Assembly (NCBI GenBank): GCA_031409335.1
Contig: JANNWY010000039.1
Location: 1 to 53,682, forward strand
Length of the DNA stretch: 53,682 nucleotides
Direction of reading: 5' to 3'
DNA from: Chthoniobacteraceae bacterium
GTDB lineage: Bacteria; Verrucomicrobiota; Verrucomicrobiia; Chthoniobacterales; Chthoniobacteraceae
Shown piece by piece: positions 48,242 through 53,682 of the stretch. The notes beneath the pieces were generated by a model. That model searched no databases, was not told where the DNA came from, and worked only from the letters and a program-made list of their open reading frames with translations. Position 1 is the first letter of the stretch. Each line of letters opens with the position of its first letter. A program made the translations under genes and the position numbers.

Positions 48242-49147
48242 ATGTTCCGAATCCCACTCCGCCGTTTTTTTCCGCTGGCACTATTTGCACTGGCGTTTTT
48301 CGCACTGAACGCCCCGGGCCTGGCCCAGGAGGCGGAGGCGCACGCTGGCGGGCAATCGGTCCTCGAACTCATCATGGATGGTGGGCCGCTGATCATGCTG
48401 ATCTGGATTTGCATCGTCGGCACTTCGATCGTCATGGTGACGCTGATCGTGCAAAACGCGATGACGATGCGGAAAGACAAGCTCGCCCCGCCGCCGCTCG
48501 TCCAGGCGCTCGAACAGACCATCAACTCCGGCAACTATCAGGAAGCGTGGGCGACCTGCGCCGCCAATAAAAACTACCTCGCCAACGTCCTGAAAGCCGG
48601 CCTCACCCGCGTCGGTCGCGGCAAGGAAGCCGTCGAAAACGCACTCGCCGAGCACGGCCTCCGCGAGGCCACCGCGCTCCGCACTCGCAACAGCTATCTC
48701 TCCGTCATCGGCGTCGTCAGCCCGATGATCGGGCTGCTCGGCACCGTCATCGGAATGATGGGTGCCTTCTCCGTGCTGGCCGGCAGCGGCGTCAGCGATC
48801 CCCGTTTGCTCGCTGGAAAAATCGGCGAGGTGCTGCTCGCGACGGCGAGCGGCCTGTTCATCGCGATCCCGGCGTTCGTGGCCTACTACGTTTTCCGCAA
48901 CGTCTCCCAAATGTGCATCGTCCACGCCGACGACGTGGTGAACAATCTCGTGCAGGATCTTCCATACGAGGAACTGCAAGGCGTCCATATCGGCGATTCG
49001 TTCAACGCCGGAGTGCAGGGAGTCACCGGCGGTCCGCGCAAAGTCTCGATGGCCCTCACGACAAACTGCCCGGTGTGCAACGGCGGTGTGACGCCCGGTG
49101 TCAACCCGTGTCCGCACTGCGGATCGACCCTCGACTGGGCGGCGTAG
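48242..49147 (+). CDS. exbB: MotA/TolQ/ExbB proton channel protein with C-terminal zinc ribbon
   Basis: SPMIGLLGTVIGMMGAF, IGEVLLATASGLFIAIPA; tail CPVC-x10-CPHC. Confidence 0.9.
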   Translation: MFRIPLRRFFPLALFALAFFALNAPGLAQEAEAHAGGQSVLELIMDGGPLIMLIWICIVGTSIVMVTLIVQNAMTMRKDKLAPPPLVQALEQTINSGNYQEAWATCAANKNYLANVLKAGLTRVGRGKEAVENALAEHGLREATALRTRNSYLSVIGVVSPMIGLLGTVIGMMGAFSVLAGSGVSDPRLLAGKIGEVLLATASGLFIAIPAFVAYYVFRNVSQMCIVHADDVVNNLVQDLPYEELQGVHIGDSFNAGVQGVTGGPRKVSMALTTNCPVCNGGVTPGVNPCPHCGSTLDWAA

Positions 49148-49165
49148 TCCACGCGTCGCATCCCG

Positions 49166-49675
49166 ATGTCCCACGCGACTTCAGCATCCAAAAAGAGGGC
49201 CTCGACGCGGTTGGTCCCGGAGGAAGATCCGGAATTCCAGATCGCGCCGATGATCGACATTCTGCTCGTGCTGCTCGTGTTCTTCATGACGATCAGTACG
49301 TCCGAAGTGCTCCAGATTCGGCAGGACATCGTCCTTCCCGTGGCAAAAGACGCGAAGGCGAAAAATCCGGACGTCGCGAAAGATGGGCAGGTCGTGCTGA
49401 ACGTGTTGTGGAATGAAATCAACAACACCGGCTCGGTGGACATGGACACAAAGAATTACGCAGATGCGAATTTGATTCAGGGTCCGCTCGAAGTGAACGC
49501 GAAACGTTCTCCGAACATGCGCGTGCTCATCCGCGCCGATCGCAAGGTCCGCTACGATTTCCTCCGCAATCTCCTGAAAATCACCGCCACGGCAGGCGTG
49601 CAAAACGTCACCTTTTCCGTGACAGACAAGGACAGCGAAGCCGCCGCCGCCGCCGCTCCAACTCCAACCCCTTAA
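49166..49675 (+). CDS. exbD: ExbD/TolR family protein
   Basis: FQIAPMIDILLVLLVFFM; VLIRADRKVRY. Confidence 0.9.
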   Translation: MSHATSASKKRASTRLVPEEDPEFQIAPMIDILLVLLVFFMTISTSEVLQIRQDIVLPVAKDAKAKNPDVAKDGQVVLNVLWNEINNTGSVDMDTKNYADANLIQGPLEVNAKRSPNMRVLIRADRKVRYDFLRNLLKITATAGVQNVTFSVTDKDSEAAAAAAPTPTP

Positions 49676-49690
49676 CGAAAGACACCGAAC

Positions 49691-50107
49691 ATGGGCGGAT
49701 CAGTAGGTTCAGAAGACGGCGACATTGGTTTCCAGATCGCACCGATGGTGGATGTGGTGTTCGTGCTCATGCTTTTTTTCATGGCCAGCGCCGGATCGCA
49801 GATCGTCGAGAAGGAACTCAACGTGAACTTGCCCTCGGGCCAGGGCAGCAGCGGAGGCGCGGCAGTCACGCCGATCATCATCGACATCTCATCGGACGGG
49901 GCCGTCTCCATCAACACCGAGAACTACGCCACGCCAGCGGACAAGGATATGAAACGCCTCAAGGACTGGCTCAAGAACGCGGTGGATACGCTCGGCGACA
50001 AAGATCCCGTCATCATCCGCCCTTCCCCGGATACCAAGCACGGCCGCATCATCGACGTCCTCAACGCCGCCGCGTTCGCGAAGATCAAGAATCTAACGTT
50101 CAGCTGA
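49691..50107 (+). CDS. exbD: ExbD/TolR family protein (second copy)
   Basis: FQIAPMVDVVFVLMLFFM; VIIRP...HGRIIDVLN. Confidence 0.9.
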   Translation: MGGSVGSEDGDIGFQIAPMVDVVFVLMLFFMASAGSQIVEKELNVNLPSGQGSSGGAAVTPIIIDISSDGAVSINTENYATPADKDMKRLKDWLKNAVDTLGDKDPVIIRPSPDTKHGRIIDVLNAAAFAKIKNLTFS

Positions 50108-50897
50108 CGCGCAAATGCCCGCCGGGCCGGGCGCGCAGGATTTGCATTGCTTCCGCCATCACGCTCACCGCGATTTCCGCGGGTGAATCCGCGCCGATGT
50201 CGAGGCCGATCGGGGCGTGGACTCCTGCGAGTGCTTCTTCGGTCACGCCGCGGGCGCGCAATTGTTCAACGACTCGCCGGACCTTGCGCGCGCTGCCGAT
50301 CATGCCGAGGTACGCGATGCCGCTTTGCTGAAGCGCGGCGTGCAGCGCTTCGCAGTCGATCTCGTAGTTGCGGCTCACGATCACCAGCGCTTCGTCGCGC
50401 TGCCATTCATGTGCCGCGATGAATTCCGCCGGGGCGCGGTCGCTGATCTTAAGCGGCGCGGCGCATTCCGCGAGCACCTCCGGGCGGTCATCGAGCACGG
50501 TGACGTGCCAGCCGCAATCGCGCGCGAGCCTGGCGATGGCTTGCGCGCAGTGTCCCGCGCCGACCAGCACGAGGGCTTCGCTGCTCATCTGCGGCTCGAT
50601 CAGCATCGTTACTTCCCCGCCACAGATCGCGCCAAACGAACCCGCGTCGCCTTCATGCAGCGGATACGTCTTCAGCACCGGTCGCCGCGCGCGCAAGGCT
50701 GCGAGCGCATCCGCGACCACCAGCGCCTCGAATTTCCCGCCGCCGATCGTCCCCGAAATTTTCCCGTCCGCATACACGATCATCTTCGCGCCGGCCTCGC
50801 GCGGCACCGAGCCGGTCGTCGCCGCCACGGTCGCGAGCGCACATGCCGCGCGATGTTCGCGCGCGACGAGGAGTTCGTGCAGCAGCGCGTCCGTCAC
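50100..50897 (-). CDS. xdhC: XdhC/CoxI family molybdoenzyme maturation factor
   Basis: [57 protein letters not shown] start at 50897 overlaps the upstream TGA. Confidence 0.9.
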   Translation of the reverse strand: MTDALLHELLVAREHRAACALATVAATTGSVPREAGAKMIVYADGKISGTIGGGKFEALVVADALAALRARRPVLKTYPLHEGDAGSFGAICGGEVTMLIEPQMSSEALVLVGAGHCAQAIARLARDCGWHVTVLDDRPEVLAECAAPLKISDRAPAEFIAAHEWQRDEALVIVSRNYEIDCEALHAALQQSGIAYLGMIGSARKVRRVVEQLRARGVTEEALAGVHAPIGLDIGADSPAEIAVSVMAEAMQILRARPGGHLRVS

Positions 50898-52231
50898 AGC
50901 TTCGCGAAGCAGACATCCAGCACTTCCAGCAGGAAATCCGCGTCCGCTTTCGTGAAACACATCGGCGGTTTGATACGCAGCACATTGCCGTGAAAACCGC
51001 CCTTCCCAATGAGCAGACCCATGTCTTTCGCCATCTCAAAAACCTGCAACGTCTCTTCCTTCGCGGGCACTTTCGTCGCGCGATCCTTCACGAGTTCGAC
51101 GCCGAGCATCAGCCCTTTGCCGCGGATGTTGCCGATGATCGCGTGTTTCTCCGCCAGCTTGTGAAAGCCGGCCTGCAAATGGTTTCCGACCGTCAGCGAG
51201 TTCGCCTGCAAACCTTCGCGGTCGATCACTTCGAGCACCGCTTTGCCCTGCGCGCAGACGACGGGATTTCCGCCGAAGGTGTTGAAATGAATCCGCGATG
51301 CCAGCGCCTGCGCTATTTTCGGCGTGGTGACGACGGCAGCCAGCGGCACGCCGTTGCCGATGCCTTTCGCCATCGTGACGATGTCGGGAATCACACCCTG
51401 CGTTTCAAAGCCCCAGTAGTGCGTGCCAGTGCGCCCGAAGCCCGCCTGCACTTCATCCGCGATGCAGACGCCACCCGCCGCCCGCACGTGTTCGTAAGCC
51501 GTTTTCAAATAACCGTCGGGAAAAACGATCGTGCCGCCGACGCCTTGAATGCTCTCCGCGATGAAGCCCGCGATGCGCCCGGAGGTTGCGTAGTCGATCA
51601 CGCTCTTCACATCGTCGCCGTATTTTTTCCCCGCATCCGCATCGCCCGCGTACACGCCGGTATACGAATCCGGCGCGATTGCGTGATGCACGCCAAAGCT
51701 GTGCGGCACATTGAATTTCCACGTCGAATGCGAGGTGAGCGCCATGCCGCTGGCGTTGCCGCCGTGGTAGGCATTGCGCAGCGCGATGAGGTCGTAGTTG
51801 CCGGTGTACGCGCGCGCCATCAGCATCGCGAGATCGTTTGCCTCCGAGCCGGAATTCACGAAATAGCACACATTCAAATCCCCCGGCATCTTCGCCGCGA
51901 GCGCCTGTCCGTACTCCGCGACGTTCGGGTGCAAATAAATCGTCGTCGTGTGTTGCAGCAGCGCATTCTGCCGATTCACCGCCGCGATGACGTGCGGGTG
52001 GCAATGCCCGACGCTCACCGTCACGATCCCCGCGAACGCATCGACATACCGCCGCCCTTTTTCATCGAAAAGATACTGCCCTTTTCCCTCCACGATCATG
52101 ACCGGGCGTTTGTAGTACGCGAAGATCGCCGGGCTCAAAAACTCCTTGCGCATCGCCAGCACTTCCTCGGCGCTTGGTCCGGTGTAGGGCTGCGGCTGGT
52201 GAGCGAACGGCGGGAGTTGTGGCGTGTTCAT
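50894..52231 (-). CDS. Class-III PLP aminotransferase (AGXT2 / beta-alanine aminotransferase-like)
   Basis: [42 protein letters not shown]. Start placed at ATG 52231. Confidence 0.92.
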   Translation of the reverse strand: MNTPQLPPFAHQPQPYTGPSAEEVLAMRKEFLSPAIFAYYKRPVMIVEGKGQYLFDEKGRRYVDAFAGIVTVSVGHCHPHVIAAVNRQNALLQHTTTIYLHPNVAEYGQALAAKMPGDLNVCYFVNSGSEANDLAMLMARAYTGNYDLIALRNAYHGGNASGMALTSHSTWKFNVPHSFGVHHAIAPDSYTGVYAGDADAGKKYGDDVKSVIDYATSGRIAGFIAESIQGVGGTIVFPDGYLKTAYEHVRAAGGVCIADEVQAGFGRTGTHYWGFETQGVIPDIVTMAKGIGNGVPLAAVVTTPKIAQALASRIHFNTFGGNPVVCAQGKAVLEVIDREGLQANSLTVGNHLQAGFHKLAEKHAIIGNIRGKGLMLGVELVKDRATKVPAKEETLQVFEMAKDMGLLIGKGGFHGNVLRIKPPMCFTKADADFLLEVLDVCFAKL

Positions 52232-52285
52232 TGGATTTCGGGGCAGTGTTACCCGAGCAGGCGCGGAGGCGCAATCCTCGGAGGT

Positions 52286-52449
52286 TCCGGGGAGCACGCT
52301 CGTCTCGAGCGTTGGTCTTCGCGTCACGCGGAGACGAACTTTCGTCGGCGTCCCGAGCGGATGCGACGCGCGGTTCACATGGCACGTTTTTGAAAGTTCG
52401 CGAAGGCGGGACGCCTTCGCCAACGCTCGGGACGAGCGTGCTACCCGGA
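52286..52449. repeat. Intergenic second copy of the 164-bp REPIN-like doublet
   Basis: tccggggagcacgctcgtctcgagcgttgg...ccaacgctcgggacgagcgtgctacccgga; same length and arm offsets as 3963-4126. Confidence 0.92.
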
Positions 52450-52476
52450 GTTCCCAGCGCCGCGCTTTCTATAAAT

Positions 52477-52574
52477 GCGCCATAAAAATCTTCTTGCGCG
52501 CCATATAAAATGGCGCAATCATTCAATCGCGCCAAATAAAGCGTCTTTATATGGCGCAATAAAGAATTGCGCCA
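52477..52574. promoter_or_regulatory. Six GCGCCA/TGGCGC sites in AT-rich DNA upstream of the Fic gene (putative operators)
   Basis: Sites start at 52477, 52498, 52511 (inverted), 52529, 52552 (inverted) and 52569. Confidence 0.6.
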
Positions 52575-52589
52575 CGAAAGGAGCAAATC

Positions 52590-53682
52590 ATGCCAAAACA
52601 AATCTCATCCGAAGAACTCGATTCGCTCTTTCGCGTCGTGTCCCTATTTGCGGACGGCGCGGGTTTTGACGAAATCGCCCGGCAACTTCCGGCGACCACG
52701 CCTCGGCGCACTTTGCAGCGCCGTCTCGCATCGCTCGTCGCGCAAAAACGCCTCGTGCTCGAACGAGCCGGGCGGGGCAGCCGGTATCGCACGCCTGCTC
52801 TGCCGAGCGAACCCGTGGCAATCACGAGCGCAGTCGTCCGCGAAGATCCGCCTGCGGATTTGCCCGTCGCGGCGGATGCGGAATCCGTGCGCCGGAAAGT
52901 ACGCGCGCCGATTCACGAGCGGAAGCCCGTCGGCTACAACCGGGCTTTTCTCGATGGCTATCGGCCAAACGAAACTGCGTATCTTCCGTCGGAACTCCGG
53001 CAGAGGCTCGCAGCGATCGGGCGCGCGCCCGAAGGCGATTTGCCGGCGGGCACGCGCGCGCGGCAGCTTTTTCACCGGCTGCTCATCGATCTGTCGTGGA
53101 ATTCCAGCCGACTCGAAGGCAACACCTACTCGCTCCTCGACACCGAGCGATTGATCGAGTCCGGTGAGGCAGCCGACGGCAAAGCCTCGACCGATGCACA
53201 GATGATTCTCAATCACAAAGCGGCCATCGAATTCCTGGTGCAAAACGCCGAAGACATCACATTCGATCGCACCACGATCCTCAACCTGCACGCCTTGTTG
53301 GCCGAGAACTTGTTGCCCGATCCGCTGGCGGCTGGCCGCGTGCGGCGCATCGCCGTCGGCATCGGTCAATCCGTTTATCACCCGCCGGCCGTACCGCAGA
53401 TCCTGGACGACTGTTTCGATCAGTTCCTCGCCAGTGCCACAGCGATCCGCGATCCCTTTGAACAAAGCCTATTCGTGATGGTGCAACTACCCTATTTGCA
53501 GCCGTTCGAAGACGTCAACAAACGCGTATCGCGTCTTGCCGCAAACATTCCGCTCATTCAGCGCAATCTGTCGCCGCTGTCGTTCGTCGATGTGCCTGAT
53601 GACACTTACACCCATGGCATGCTGGCGGTTTATGAGTTGAACCGCGTCGATCTCTTGCGCGATGTGTTCCTGTGGGCCTACG
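52590..53682 (+). CDS. Fic family protein with N-terminal HTH; 3' end lies outside the window
   Basis: Manual translation after RBS AAGGAG: MPKQISSEEL...RRTLQRRLASLV...SWNSSRLEGNTYS...QMILNHK...YLQPFEDVNKRVSRLAAN. Confidence 0.9.
   Translation, partial: MPKQISSEELDSLFRVVSLFADGAGFDEIARQLPATTPRRTLQRRLASLVAQKRLVLERAGRGSRYRTPALPSEPVAITSAVVREDPPADLPVAADAESVRRKVRAPIHERKPVGYNRAFLDGYRPNETAYLPSELRQRLAAIGRAPEGDLPAGTRARQLFHRLLIDLSWNSSRLEGNTYSLLDTERLIESGEAADGKASTDAQMILNHKAAIEFLVQNAEDITFDRTTILNLHALLAENLLPDPLAAGRVRRIAVGIGQSVYHPPAVPQILDDCFDQFLASATAIRDPFEQSLFVMVQLPYLQPFEDVNKRVSRLAANIPLIQRNLSPLSFVDVPDDTYTHGMLAVYELNRVDLLRDVFLWAY

Noticed and set aside
52232..52423. 64-aa N-terminal extension of the aminotransferase
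   Set aside because: It is an open frame through the intergenic doublet; a promoter-like TTGCGC-17-TAACAC (52274-52246) lies between the element and ATG 52231.

Overview
GC-rich bacterial chromosomal segment. Gene content (PSD1/planctomycete-cytochrome and DUF1501 proteins, a LEPR-XLL-type leader, ExbBD paralogues) points to the PVC superphylum, most likely Verrucomicrobia (inference). Core genes: scpAB-pheA, tRNA-Gln(CTG), sucA, eno-ftsB-prfB (+1 frameshift), rpsB-tsf, hrpB, an RluE-type pseudouridine synthase, an ExbBDD module, xdhC with a class-III aminotransferase, and a partial Fic gene. An accessory block at about 17.6-32.9 kb holds two MITEs with shared termini but unrelated interiors, an alkaline-phosphatase homologue lacking its catalytic residues, and an intact 2613-bp IS1-family element (19-bp TIRs, 8-bp target duplication) with three passenger genes. 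That element sits inside a deleted IS3 remnant. The most striking pattern is several families of REP-like palindromes and 7-/9-nt tandem arrays lying in frame inside proteins, concentrated in the WD40-PSD1-DUF1501 operon. One is a 164-bp doublet splitting a signal peptide; its intergenic twin 48 kb away has the same geometry but an unrelated 50-nt spacer. All calls come from reading the sequence; no database searches were run.
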